This document shows, in pieces, positions 33,475 to 45,812 of a DNA stretch of 64,000 nt. Numbering within the stretch: position 1 is the first letter of the stretch; the number at the start of each line of letters is the position of its first letter. Where the stretch lies: positions 5,957-69,956 of the forward strand of contig JAANOX010000252.1 of assembly GCA_020184695.1 (NCBI GenBank), given 5' to 3'. The translations under genes and the position numbers were made by a program. The notes under the pieces are model-generated. The model was not told the DNA's origin, made no database searches, and saw only the letters and a program-made list of their open reading frames with translations. The stretch is from Histomonas meleagridis 2922-C6/04-290x (lineage: Eukaryota > Protista > Parabasalia).

Positions 33475-35425
33475 AATTTTGTGATATCAAAATAAGGCAG
33501 ATGACACCAGTCTCACAATTTTGAAACTTCTATGTCAAATGCCACATCACAAGGAGAGGTGAGTGGAAGAAAACGATAAGAACGTATAGAATAATTGAAA
33601 AAGGGATTAAATACCTTTCAATAGATTCAATATAACCGTTCTATTTTTCCAAATTTGAATATACAGAAAATTCTTAACATCATTAGCCAAAAAAAGAAGT
33701 TGAATGAAACTTTTTGATATATGATGCGTGATAATTATCGCTAACGAAAATTTATTTTGTATAATAACCCCTTTTGATATATTCAATTTTGAATCAAGTA
33801 AGGTTACATATTGAAAACATTGGTCAATATTTGGTAATTGAATGAAGGTATTTTGAAACCTCCTTAAATGCTTGACATTAAAGTATTAAAATTGCATTCC
33901 TATAGATTATTAGAGGCCTACAGTTCATTCGATTGTGCAACCTGAATTAAGAAATTTTCAAGTTAATTGAAAATCCAATCAATATCAATATCTTAAAATT
34001 TTGATAAAAGCAAATTATTAAAAGGCAGCAATTGCTCAGTTTATGGGACACATGTTAAATTTTGATGAAAAATTCAAAAAATTGGGAAATATATATTTGC
34101 GAAATTATTGAGAAATATTTCTTTCTCATATTGGAAATATTTGCTATCGAGTTCGTTCTGCTTACACACACTTGTTATCATCATAAAAATTTTAGACTTT
34201 TTTATAAAATGAAAATACATCTTTGACCAAACTATATGTAAACTAAACAAAATTAAGAAGCTAAAGCACTATCCAGAATTCATTCATAACTCAGTGTCAG
34301 AGTCATTAATTGTGAATTAATTGTGAAACGATTTCAATCACTCATATATAAAAATATATTAGATACTAAAAGTATATGATAAAAAGCAATTCTGTTTTGT
34401 CTCGAAAAGGAGTATGTCATTTTTTTGAAGGAAGAGTCGTTCATAATTTTTTCAATAACAGTTCAATCGAATATATAATATATTATACATTTTATCATGT
34501 AAGTAAATGAAATAATTGAAAATTAAATTTCTTTGGTTGATGGAAAAACGAATAATTCAGAATTGTTAAAGATTTTAATTTTTCTAATTTTTGTTGTGCT
34601 TGTTAATTTTTTATTCAAAATTCTTAAAAATCATTAGATCATATTAAAATGTAAAAATTCTGAATTTGACAGGTTAAAAAATCAAAATATCTTGAGACAC
34701 AAACTCGCTATACATCATAGTAATTTGAATTTATAAATGGTCAATTTATTTGTTAAATTGAATAAAAAACGATCAAGATATAGACATGTCTGAAAATCAT
34801 TTTTTCCTTGAGTTTATATTAAGTTGAATATGTTTTGATGAAAAAATAAAATATAACCCTTCTTAGATTTCGATAATATGCATATTATATGAGGACTAAA
34901 AATATATTTATATCATTTGTTTGGTTTATTACTAAAAAGTCATATTTTATGTATGAAAATTTATCAAACATATTTTTTTCCCAATCAAATATAATTTTAA
35001 AACTCATGTTTCTATTTTGAATTTGGAGTTATATTAATATTGTGAGGTCTCAAAACACTTTCGCTTGTGCCATTATCAGAATACTATCAACAACGCCAGT
35101 GAGTAGTACTTCACACAAGTACAATATTATGATTTCCTTGAGGAATTTCCAATAAAGTACCTACATACGATAGAAATAATTCAGGTATCATAACGATTAT
35201 TTTTAATTTAAAATATTTTTCACAACTGAGACACAAGGAAAACACCCATAGATCTTTTTTTTTGCAAAAATCTTTTTTTTAAAGTCTGTTTCAACATTAC
35301 ATTAGTTTTCATCGCTTCGATAAATTTTTTTTATATCCTTGTAACTTTGGATGATAATTTGTGTTAAACCTGCAGGTATTGAATTATAATTTAAACAAAG
35401 TTATTCAAATATTTATTGACAAAAA

Positions 35426-38400
35426 ATGGACGCAAGCCTTTTCATAGCTTTTGGGAGACCTTCTCAACCAACAATTATAAAGGAACTTAAGGATGTTGAA
35501 GATAAATCAACAAGTGAACTTGCTGAAGACCTTAAATTAGATAAAGAAATATTAGCAATTTCTACACCACTTTATCGCGAGGCAATTCCTTTGGGAATAA
35601 TTCCTTTTGAGAGGTATCCAGAAATTGCAAATCCAGAACGTCCTGCAAAATTTCTTCGTCCAAAATATTTTATTTCTATTTTACCAGAAAGTGAAAAGAA
35701 GTTATTTACCGCTTTTGTTTTAGTGCAAGAAAGCGCAGTTCCAAACATTCCACCTTTTGAAGTTAGTTTTGTCCCAAGTGATTTTGAAGGAAAATCATTC
35801 CAAGATTTCTTTGACTTTATTAAATCCAAATTTCCATTTGCAATGACAGAACCATCATTATTTTTTGGTGAAAATGAAGTTTCTGAATCAATGACTGCAA
35901 CTGAAATAATTGGTTGTCTTAAATCAAAACAATTAACCTTTAAATGCTCACTTGTTGACAAAGAATTAACCAAAATTAGACATCGTGTTAACATTATTAA
36001 TGAAATTCAAATAACTGAAATCACATATTTAAAGGGTCTTGAAACTCTTATGGATTATTGGAAACCAAACATGGAATCCAACAAGCTTTTCACAGAAGAT
36101 GAATCAATTCAAGTTTTTCATGATTTTCCAATCATTATTAATTGTCATAAACAATTTCTTAATAACCTTCAACAACGAGGTGTTACATATGGTGCCATGC
36201 TTTCCGATGTCTTTTTAGATTTTTCATCCTTCTTTAAAGTTTCCTTATTATACATATCAAATTATTCAAATATCATCAAAATCATATTAGAGAAATCTAA
36301 AAACAAAGCGTTTGAAGAAAAGCTTAAAGAGCTTACACAAAAGAACACCAAAGGAGATGGACCAAAAGGTGAACTTACATCCTATTTAATTACACCAGTT
36401 CAACGTATGCCTCGGTATATTTTATTTTTACGAGAGCTCCTTAAAGCTACGCCACCTTCGCACCCAGACTTCGCCATGTTAGCATCGGCCGCATCAAAAC
36501 TCGAGGAAGTCACCGGCCAAATAGACCAAGCGTCAACCGCCGCTGAGAACAACGCCAAACTGCTAACGATACAGAACAGTTTACGTGACCACTTTTCTGT
36601 TATTCATCCATCACGAATTTTCAAGATGAGTATACCCATTACTTATAAGAAGCCTAAGTCAATGAATGGTCTCTTATATTTATTTAATGACTTAATCTTA
36701 TTTACAAAAGAATCACGTAATAATACACAATCATATGTATATGATGATTTACCAAATACATTTCGTTATGTTGTTAAACATGGGACATTAGAATTTACAA
36801 TATATATGCCAGTTAAGAAGAGCTCGGATAAAATCCAACAATTAATATTTGATTTTCCAGATAATACACAAATGAATGATTTCATTAAGAATCTAAATGA
36901 ATTAAAAGATGAATTTTATACTAAGAAAGGAATTGATGTCTCCAAAATGTTTCGATTTAATTTATTATTACCAACGAAACCATTACCACAATTACATGGG
37001 CATTGTTCAGTTAACATTGATAATAACATATATATATTTGGAGGGAAATCTAATAATACATTTCCAACAGATTTCATTGTGATAACATTTGATAATGAAT
37101 CTACACCAAACATTAAAACTATACCCACAAAAATTCCCGGAAGAATGAATTTCTCAATGACTTATCATGATAAAACTATATATATCTTTGGTGGAACAAC
37201 TGAATCGGAATATTTTAATGACATTTGGGAATTTGATATTCTTACTAATAAATATCAACAAATGAAATCGACAAATACACCTGAAGCTCGATCAGGACAT
37301 ACATTAACATATTATAATTCCCGATTATATTTAATTGGAGGAATTAATAAGAAAAATCGGATATTAGATGAAGTATGTATATATGATATTGATATTGGAA
37401 TTTGGTCAATCATTAAAGGAGAAAATTCACCATCGAGTTGTATATATCATACAGCGAATTTAATTAATGATAAAATTATAATCCATGGAGGTATGAATGG
37501 TCGAACTAATTATTGTTTAGATTTTAATATATTTAATACTAATAATAATGAATGGGAAAAGCCAAATATTATTGGCGATAGATCTCCTCTTAGAAGTAAT
37601 CATTGTTCAATTAAATTAAAACAATTCATTATATATATTGGTGGCTCATTTGGTACTAATGAAATTACAAATCCGGGAATTTTGGATACGACTGTAATGA
37701 AATATACAAATTGTTTAAGTGGTATTAATGATCCAATTTGGTTAAATCATTTCTCTTTAGATATAATTAAGTTACAAGATAAAAAATCTTTGTTAATTTA
37801 TGGTGGTTCTAATCCTATTACAAAATTACATTCTTCTTCTTGTTATTTAGTTGATATACCTGAATATATACTAAAGATTTTAAGTCATACAAATAAAAGA
37901 AAAGTTTTACCTATGAAAAATAAAATGCAAATTCCTCAAACTTCTGAAGCTGCAATTATCGCACCGAAACCAATCTCAAGAAAAGTTATTAGACATCATA
38001 AAAGAAATAAAGAAAGTACTTTAAGAACTAGAAATAAAGATAATGGTGAAGGAAGCATTCGAAGGAAAGTCGGAAAACAAAAGTTAAAGTTCTCAAGTGT
38101 AAACTATAGCAATAAACGAAATGTTGGACAAAATAATGAAGAAACTATACTCGCGATGTTTCATGAAAACGAAATGAAATCAAGTAATAATGATAACGAT
38201 TCAAATGCATCAGACGTAGTAAGTGAAAAGAAAATCGTAAAGAAATCGAAGTCTGTGGAATGTGTCTCTGATAAATCTGACGAAGAAAAGAAATCAGAAG
38301 AATCAATATCAGATAAAGAAGAGAAATCATCGTCAGAGAAGTCGGAGGAAGTTAAAGAAGAGAAATCTGATGAAAAGAAGAAATCGGATGAATCAATTTC

Positions 38401-39856
38401 AGATAAAGAAGAGAAATCTGAGGAAGAAAAGAAGTCAGAAGAATCGACAGAAGAAAAGAAGTCATCGGAGGAAGAAAAGAAATCAGAAGAATCTTCAGAA
38501 GAAAAGAAATCGGTGGCAGAAGCATCAGAGAAGTCGGAAGAAGAAACTAAATCAGAGAAATCTGATGAAGAAAAGAAATCGGTGGCAGAAGCATCAGAGA
38601 AGTCGGAAGAATCGAAGTCTTCAACAGAGTCAGAGAAATCGGAAGAGTCAACTTCTGAGAAATCCGAAAAATCGGAAGAGGAATCGACGTCAGAAGAGAA
38701 ATCAGAGAAATCCGAATCAGATAAATCAGAAGAAAGCGCTAAACACTCCGACGAATCATCATCAGATGAAGTTAGAAAAGCGCCAGAAGAGAAATCCGAG
38801 GAAATCGTCAAAGAAGAGTCTGAATCAGGCGCATCCGCTTCAGATCAGTCCGACGAAAATGCCAAAGAAGAGAAGCACAAACCGAAGAAGTCCAAATCAT
38901 TCAGGCGCAAAGTCAAGAAGTCGAAATCCAAGCCAGCGCCTAAAGAAGCCAAAGCAGAAGAGCCAGCAACCAAAGAAGCCAAATCAGAAGAGCCAGCGCC
39001 TAAAGAAGCCAAAGCAGAAGAGCCAGCAACCAAAGAAGCTAAAGCAGAAGAGCCAGCGCCCAAAGAAGCCAAGCCACAGGAGCAAATGCGCAAGTCCATT
39101 CCCGCCGACTTCTCCATCCCGAAGACCATCTCCAGGCAGCAGACGGCGCCCAAGCAGCTCTCATCGAGCGCGAACAGCTCTTTCCGCTTCTTCCAGCAGC
39201 TCATCTCCGACCGCAAGCAGGAGGAGGAGGACGAGAAGGCGCATCCGAGTGTCCGCAGCCGCATTTCTCTTGGCAGCACATCTGTCAGCGACATCATCCG
39301 CACTCGCACTGCATCATTACAGTCGGCGCAGCAACAGCAACAGCCACAACAGCAACAGCAGCAGCAGCAGAAAGTTGCGCCGAAGCAAAGTTACACATCG
39401 AAATTCAAGTCGACGTCGAAGCCGAACTTCGAAGAGCTGTACAAAGAGTTCAACATCGACAGCACGAAACTTGCGCCGTTCCAAGTCCGCGTTCTTGAGC
39501 GTAAACTTACAACGTTACATGTTAAGCGCGAGAAGCGGATCTGGATGGAGGAGCAAATGGCGAAAGAGATTGAGAACATTCGAGAGAAGAAGAGTCATGA
39601 GGATGAGAATGATATTGTTAATATTTATGTGAAGTTGTGTGTGAATAACAAAATTATCATTGTGCTAATTAATAACAAAATGAATGTAAATCAAATTAAG
39701 GAAATGATAAATGAGAAATGTGGTGGAAATGTCGAAAATGTGTTTGTGAAATTCGAAGGAGAAACAGTCGAATTGAATGAGCTGAACTTCGATGTGTTAA
39801 TAGAACAATATAAAGAAAATGTAATTCAGCACTTACAAGTGGTGATAAATAATTAG
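35426..39856 (+). CDS. RhoGEF (DH-PH) with kelch repeats and a charged low-complexity linker
   Basis: INEIQITEITYLKGL and LITPVQRMPRYILFLRELLKATPPSHPD; kelch IYIFGG/LYLIGG/IIIHGG. Confidence 0.92.
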   Translation: MDASLFIAFGRPSQPTIIKELKDVEDKSTSELAEDLKLDKEILAISTPLYREAIPLGIIPFERYPEIANPERPAKFLRPKYFISILPESEKKLFTAFVLVQESAVPNIPPFEVSFVPSDFEGKSFQDFFDFIKSKFPFAMTEPSLFFGENEVSESMTATEIIGCLKSKQLTFKCSLVDKELTKIRHRVNIINEIQITEITYLKGLETLMDYWKPNMESNKLFTEDESIQVFHDFPIIINCHKQFLNNLQQRGVTYGAMLSDVFLDFSSFFKVSLLYISNYSNIIKIILEKSKNKAFEEKLKELTQKNTKGDGPKGELTSYLITPVQRMPRYILFLRELLKATPPSHPDFAMLASAASKLEEVTGQIDQASTAAENNAKLLTIQNSLRDHFSVIHPSRIFKMSIPITYKKPKSMNGLLYLFNDLILFTKESRNNTQSYVYDDLPNTFRYVVKHGTLEFTIYMPVKKSSDKIQQLIFDFPDNTQMNDFIKNLNELKDEFYTKKGIDVSKMFRFNLLLPTKPLPQLHGHCSVNIDNNIYIFGGKSNNTFPTDFIVITFDNESTPNIKTIPTKIPGRMNFSMTYHDKTIYIFGGTTESEYFNDIWEFDILTNKYQQMKSTNTPEARSGHTLTYYNSRLYLIGGINKKNRILDEVCIYDIDIGIWSIIKGENSPSSCIYHTANLINDKIIIHGGMNGRTNYCLDFNIFNTNNNEWEKPNIIGDRSPLRSNHCSIKLKQFIIYIGGSFGTNEITNPGILDTTVMKYTNCLSGINDPIWLNHFSLDIIKLQDKKSLLIYGGSNPITKLHSSSCYLVDIPEYILKILSHTNKRKVLPMKNKMQIPQTSEAAIIAPKPISRKVIRHHKRNKESTLRTRNKDNGEGSIRRKVGKQKLKFSSVNYSNKRNVGQNNEETILAMFHENEMKSSNNDNDSNASDVVSEKKIVKKSKSVECVSDKSDEEKKSEESISDKEEKSSSEKSEEVKEEKSDEKKKSDESISDKEEKSEEEKKSEESTEEKKSSEEEKKSEESSEEKKSVAEASEKSEEETKSEKSDEEKKSVAEASEKSEESKSSTESEKSEESTSEKSEKSEEESTSEEKSEKSESDKSEESAKHSDESSSDEVRKAPEEKSEEIVKEESESGASASDQSDENAKEEKHKPKKSKSFRRKVKKSKSKPAPKEAKAEEPATKEAKSEEPAPKEAKAEEPATKEAKAEEPAPKEAKPQEQMRKSIPADFSIPKTISRQQTAPKQLSSSANSSFRFFQQLISDRKQEEEDEKAHPSVRSRISLGSTSVSDIIRTRTASLQSAQQQQQPQQQQQQQQKVAPKQSYTSKFKSTSKPNFEELYKEFNIDSTKLAPFQVRVLERKLTTLHVKREKRIWMEEQMAKEIENIREKKSHEDENDIVNIYVKLCVNNKIIIVLINNKMNVNQIKEMINEKCGGNVENVFVKFEGETVELNELNFDVLIEQYKENVIQHLQVVINN
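38270..39075 (+). repeat. EEKKSE repeats and five 30-nt PAxKEAKxEE repeats within the RhoGEF
   Basis: Direct reading; the 30-nt unit starts at 38931. Confidence 0.8.
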
Positions 39857-40149
39857 TGACAATAAAACGTTATAAATTATTTTTCGATGTTTTGTTTTTC
39901 TCACTCAAATATGTAATTTGTTTCCAAAAATATAAATTATTCTCAACAAAAAGTGATAATAAAAATTGTTTTTTTAATAGATTTTGGTTCGGTTAGCTAA
40001 ATAAAAACCAAGAAAATGTGTATATTAAATTATCTTTTTTTCTTCTGCAGATTTCCCGTTCTACCTCAGTAATATGCCCAAATAAAACCGTGGTCAAAAA
40101 GGAAGTAATTTGAACGAATAGCATTCAAACTTGCCCAAGGCGAAAACAT

Positions 40150-40365
40150 AAATATGAGAATAAAATATGTCATATTAAATCATTAAAAGATTTAGGAAAA
40201 AAGTGTATTTCATCACATAATTATGAAATTTTTATATTTTTACAAAGAAGGGATTCCAATTAGCAAAAATATTATAAAATAAGCAGCAAGATTGGAAACA
40301 TATTTTTCATTAAACATTTTTTCGAAAGTAATCAAATTCCGAAAGATATATTGTTATCATTATTT
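40150..40365 (+). pseudogene. Remnant of a fourth DUF3447-ankyrin family gene
   Basis: Translates (with shifts) to LKDLGKKCISSHNYEIF and FIKHFFESNQIPKDIL, matching locus B LEELGKKCVEFFEYEIF and LVRNFIENNQIPKNIL. Confidence 0.65.
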
Positions 40366-40539
40366 ATAATATATTTAAAAATTATTTATTTTTGAAATTG
40401 TGGGTGACTAATAGAAAATGTTATAAAGCAATCTTTGTGTGTTTTTTCTGATACATCATGAATCATTTCACTATGATTATAAAATTCATAATAAAATGAT
40501 GAAAAATATTTAGAACTTTAAAATCAATTTTTGAATATA

Positions 40540-43471
40540 CCCATTTTTACCTTTTATTCGTACAAACGATAGGGTTTGAATCAAACATAGTTTGTTATTA
40601 TTTGTGAATAAAATGATCGGTAGGAAATTGAATGCATTCAAAATTGAATGCATTGAATATTTTCCCACAAATCCAAAAAATCAGATCAAAATAAACTGAA
40701 ATAATTGAATTCGTTTTTTGTTGTATTTCAGCTGAGTTAATATCTATGTTTCTTTTGCATAAAATTTGGAAAAAATCAAACAGATATATTGTAAATAATA
40801 TTTATATGTCATGTGTCACTGAAATAATGAAAAATCAAAAAAAAAAAATTTGCGCATCGATCAGATCGGCAACACAGAAACATGCATTTTGAACAATATT
40901 CAAAAGTTAGAATATACTAATGCCTACTGTGTTAAATATCATGTTAAATTCAGATCCATATTTTTAACGTATATTTCATTCAATTTAAATAGAGAATAAC
41001 TCAACACACAAACAATAATATTTTTAATGAAAATTATTTTTGGAAACTACATCATGAGCACAATCAATTAATATTGTGAAAATATGAAATTCTTCAAAAA
41101 AGTGTAAAAGTGATTGATCATTTCGACTTTTTTCTGACAAAAAACAAATTGAAATCAATATCGTTTTATTCCAATGTTATAGGTATTGTACGAGTTTTAA
41201 TATTTTTGCATTTATTTACTCACTCAGTTTCTGGGAAAATAAAATTATAATTTTTATAAAAACCAAAAAGTGACAAATTGCATGGAAACTTATTTGACTA
41301 TGTTTGTTTAAACGTTTTCCTTTAATTAGACAATGATTTCATTTTGTTATTGATAATTTATGCTAGTTCATGTTTTCTTTGATTTATTATTCATGATAAT
41401 TGAGAGATGAAGCGTAAACTATAATTGTCATTTATTCTTTCGCAAAAAATTATGTAAAAAAATATACCATTTTTTCAGAGGTTTATTTCATCAATTCAAA
41501 TATTTCTTCTGAAAAAGTTGAATTTTTCTGATGAATTGCTCATAATTTCAAAAAACACATCAAACTTATGACTTCACATTTGTGATTTTTTTTAATTTTT
41601 TATTGTTTAATTAATTTCCAAGATTCCTCGATATTTTCTTGAGAAATATAGAGCCATGATTCAACAAGAATTTCGATCGATTCTTGATATGTTATGTTTC
41701 TTGTTTGGTTTATAATAGCCAAATGCTCAAATTTTTTTCGAGCTCTTGATTTAAGTTCCCCAAATACCTTAACATCAAGAGGTTGATATTTTGATGTTCC
41801 CCCGGCTGGAACAAATAATAGCTCAATTTGAAGCTCTTGAGCTTTCAACTTAACATTTTCTGCTTGATGAGCAGGAAAAATGTCCCAAACTAAGGCACAT
41901 GGTTCACCATTGGCTTTATTATGAATTCATTCTAAATAGAAAATCAGAATATCATCATTAGCCCATCCACGTTCAGTATGGGTAAAAATCAAATTTTCGT
42001 TTGATTTCCCAAATTTCTTCTCGGACCTATTCGTTTTGCCTTTGGCAATAATCCAAAGCGGCAACTTTGACCCATTTGCATTAATTGTTGCGATGGCCGT
42101 CAAAGTTAATTTCTCGTTTCGGATTGATTGGATCTTAACCGTTGGCACTCCAATCTTGTGTAATACTTTTGCTGGGGTGTTCGAAATTTTCCAACATGTT
42201 TCATCCATGTTGAAAATTTTTTTTTCGGATATTTCTGAAATATTAATTTAAGCTTATTTTGAAAAGTTTGAACATATTCATTATTGATATTTGTTCGCCT
42301 TTCTGCATGTGGTTTCCGATATGATAGTTTATTGCGCTTCATGAAATCGCTTATAAATGTAGTAGACGCGCAAAATCGTTCATATTTTAAATTACCAATT
42401 AATGAAAACTCATTGAGAGCTTTCATCTTAAGTGATAATGTCGTAGGTCCAAAACCAGAGTCGGCTTGTTGTATAATTTCTTCTGCCATACTCGCTTCGG
42501 TTTCTTTCGAAAATACCCTACGATTTGGATGCCCTTCACAATTTGGAAACCAGTTTTTATTTTCATTCCTTTTCTGGTGCCAATAACTGAGTGTTGATTC
42601 AGGAATGCCAGTGGCTTTTTGAATTCGAGTTAATGAACCACGAGGCAATTCCGATTCAGTTAAAATATCCAAAACGGGTTGAATATCTTTTGGCGCGTAG
42701 GTATCGTGGCGATTGGATTTGATTTTCTTGAGTTTATTCAGTTTTTCTTCCATTTCCTGAATAAAGCTTTTTGGTTCTTCGTCGAATATCATTAAAGTTA
42801 GTGATTTTGGCGCCAAATATGAAAAAATCAATAAAAAAAATGAGAGAAAATAAAATTTATTATAATATTTTTAATAATTAATGCAAATTTAAGGTTATCA
42901 TTATTTAAATCTTTCGCAACAATTGGATGTAAATATGAAAAAATTACTACAAAAAATTTAAAAATTAGATAAATCATTTTTATTAATGAATATAGCTCAA
43001 CAAATGATAATTTTAGATTCTCATATGTAAAAAGCCAAAAATAGAATTTTTATAATGATAAAATTTTTTTTTAAATTCAACAATTTCATGATAATCGCTG
43101 CTTTGACGCAAAATTGTGAATCTCCTGTAGCTAATTACTGTCGCACTTTGAGTTCCTAAAAACGACATTTTTTGAAATTATTGGAAATTATCAAACATGA
43201 ACGTTCTCGATCTCAAACTGAGATTTGGGATTCGAGCCCCAACTAACTGTTTTCGAGTTTCGAAACAAGAAGAACGTCATGACAAAAATAAAATGAAGTG
43301 AAAATATTTTTTTGAATAATTTTCCACACAAAAGTAACGGTTTGATTTACGATCGAATGGCTGTTTTCATTTTAACTCAATTTTTTGCCAAAAATAAAAT
43401 GTCTCAAATTTCTTTGTTGTAAATTTTACTCAATTTTCGTATCGTTTGTACGAATAAAAGGTAAAAATGGG
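40540..43471 (-). mobile_element. pogo/Tc1-mariner-type DNA transposon, 2932 bp, 32-bp perfect TIRs, TA target duplication
   Basis: CCCATTTTTACCTTTTATTCGTACAAACGATA at 40540-40571 and its reverse complement at 43440-43471, each flanked by TA (40538-39, 43472-73). Confidence 0.92.
41600..42831 (-). pseudogene. DDE (DDE_1/CENP-B type) transposase, frameshifted
   Basis: Three frames carry NMDETCW, KLPLWIIAKG and PAGGTSKYQPLDVKVFGELK. Confidence 0.88.
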
Positions 43472-43681
43472 TATTTAATTGTATAATGAAAGGGAAACAA
43501 AGCAATAATAGTCAATATATGGTTTTTGTAAATAAAAAATTTTATTAATTATGAGATTAGTGGTGTTAGAGATGTTGTAAATGTTGCTCCGCATTCTTCA
43601 ATGGCGCTAAATTTCAACAATAACTTTTTCAATTGTACAATTCCGATTATTTCTGGCATTTTTTAGCAAATATTGGGCTTA

Positions 43682-45220
43682 ATGAGGCGGAGTCAAAAAG
43701 AGCCAATAATCGGAATTGATCTTGGAACTACATTCAGTTCAGTTGCTGTATGTTCTTTAAGTGGTGAACCAGAAGTTATTAAAAGTAATCATGGAAATGC
43801 ATCAATTCCCTCTGTTGTTGGCTTTATAGATGATCAAATTATTACCGGAGAACAAGCAGACAATGAAATGCTCCAAAATCCTCAAACAAAAATGCAATTG
43901 GTTTATGATTCTAAACGTATGATTGGTAGGAATTTTGATGATCCTCAAGTTCAAAGCAAAATGAGGTCGTGGCCGTTCACAGTTGTTAAAGGAGAAGATG
44001 GAGGACTGCTTTATAAAGTAAAAGGCCAAAATGGAACAAAGTATTATTCCCCAATTGATATATCTTCATATATTTTAAATGAATTAAAGCTGGTTGCAGA
44101 AGATACCCATTTAAATAAATCGGTTACGAAAGCAGTTATTACTATTCCTGCCGATTTTGATGATAATCAACGTAGAGCAACCAAAGAAGCTGGTAAAAAT
44201 GCAGGATTTGAATGTATTTCTTTAATAGAAGAGCCCACTGCTGCAGCAGTTGCTTATAGTTTTAAAAACGCTTTTGAAAGTGCTAAGAGAATTCTTGTTT
44301 TTGATTTTGGTGGTGGAACACTTGATATATCACTCCTCGATGTTTTTAGGAAAAAGTTTGTTGTCAAAGGTACGAAAGGTGACCAAAATCTAGGCGGTCA
44401 AGATATTGATAATAATCTTTTTGAACATGTTAGAAAGCGTTTCCAAATAGAGTATGGCTATGACCCAATTAAAGATCAGCATTGTCAATTTCAACTCAAG
44501 TCGCAATGTGAATCAGCGAAAATTACACTTTCTTTTAGCCGAACTCAAAAAGCAACCATCCGTCCATGTTTCCAACACAAGCCTGAATTCAGCTACAAGC
44601 TTACACGCTCCAAATTCGAGGAGATCAACCACGATCTCTTCCAGCGCACACTGGAGCCCGTTAAGTCGATTCTTAGTGAAAATAATGTCGAAAAGTCGGA
44701 GGTCGACATTGTTCTTCTAGTTGGCGGATCATCACGAATTCCATATGTCAAAGATTTATTAGGGAAATTCTTCACGAATGATATCATTGCATTAGATGTT
44801 GATCCATCATTAACAGTTGTTAAGGGCGCTGCAATCATAGCAAGTAGTCATGGGGAAATCGTCAAGATAGAAAACGTATTAACACATGAAATTGGAATAG
44901 AAATTAAAGGGTGTGAAATGTTCAGTGTGTTTGATAAGAACACAAAAATTCCGGTATCAAAAGAAATCAAAGTTACAACAGAAAAGCAACAACAATATAA
45001 TGCACGCATTAGAGTGTTTATGGGTGATAACAAGTACACATGTGATAACGTGTTGCTTTGGGAATATTTACACGGTGGATTAGAAGGAAGAATAAAACCT
45101 GAAATTATAATACATTTTGATGTAAACGAAGAAGGTTTACTAAACATAGTCGTAAAGGACGAAGATGCAAAAATGGAGAAGGAGGGTTCGGCGCACTGCG
45201 ATATACAGCATATACAATAA
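43682..45220 (+). CDS. HSP70: Divergent Hsp70/DnaK family protein lacking the C-terminal lid
   Basis: GIDLGTTFS, EEPTAAAVAY, FDFGGGTLDISLL and LLVGGSSRIP. Confidence 0.9.
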   Translation: MRRSQKEPIIGIDLGTTFSSVAVCSLSGEPEVIKSNHGNASIPSVVGFIDDQIITGEQADNEMLQNPQTKMQLVYDSKRMIGRNFDDPQVQSKMRSWPFTVVKGEDGGLLYKVKGQNGTKYYSPIDISSYILNELKLVAEDTHLNKSVTKAVITIPADFDDNQRRATKEAGKNAGFECISLIEEPTAAAVAYSFKNAFESAKRILVFDFGGGTLDISLLDVFRKKFVVKGTKGDQNLGGQDIDNNLFEHVRKRFQIEYGYDPIKDQHCQFQLKSQCESAKITLSFSRTQKATIRPCFQHKPEFSYKLTRSKFEEINHDLFQRTLEPVKSILSENNVEKSEVDIVLLVGGSSRIPYVKDLLGKFFTNDIIALDVDPSLTVVKGAAIIASSHGEIVKIENVLTHEIGIEIKGCEMFSVFDKNTKIPVSKEIKVTTEKQQQYNARIRVFMGDNKYTCDNVLLWEYLHGGLEGRIKPEIIIHFDVNEEGLLNIVVKDEDAKMEKEGSAHCDIQHIQ

Positions 45221-45812
45221 ATGGATTTTAATCTCAATTTATAATTATATAAAATCTATACAGCGCATGTCGCGAATGTAAATATAATAAAAATGGATGT
45301 ATATGAAATTCTTTTGGCGAATTTCACAATTCTAAATAGAAATTGTTGCTTTTATGATAATTTCATGAGAAACTTAATATTGGCGCCTTAAAATTTGGGG
45401 TCAAATACAATAATAAAGACATAATTGAGCCAGTTTGAAGTTTTGAACTCCTTCAGAAATTTAGTTTTGATATCAACCTTTCCTAGCATATTCACATTTT
45501 ATTAAAACTATTTTATCTATAATTGGATTGTTTGAACATGCAGTTTTTTTTAAATTACATACCAAAATGACATTCGGACCTTGAAAATTTTCATTTTTTT
45601 CTTGAAATTTTGATGATGTAATATATAAGTATCAAATATAGATTATGACTGAATTTCTAATGATTACCAAGTTATGAAGTGAACGTTTATCTAACGATTT
45701 ATTTCTCAATCAGTCATAACTTGACAGTTACAGTTTTGAATTAATTCAATAAATTTGAATTTGAATGTATTCAATTCAGTTTTAAGTGCTGAACACTTTC
45801 ATCAGTCAATCT

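Noticed and set aside
38161-39632. Long alternative-frame and antisense ORFs (216, 456 and 154 aa)
   Set aside because: By-products of low-complexity, stop-poor repeats in the RhoGEF.
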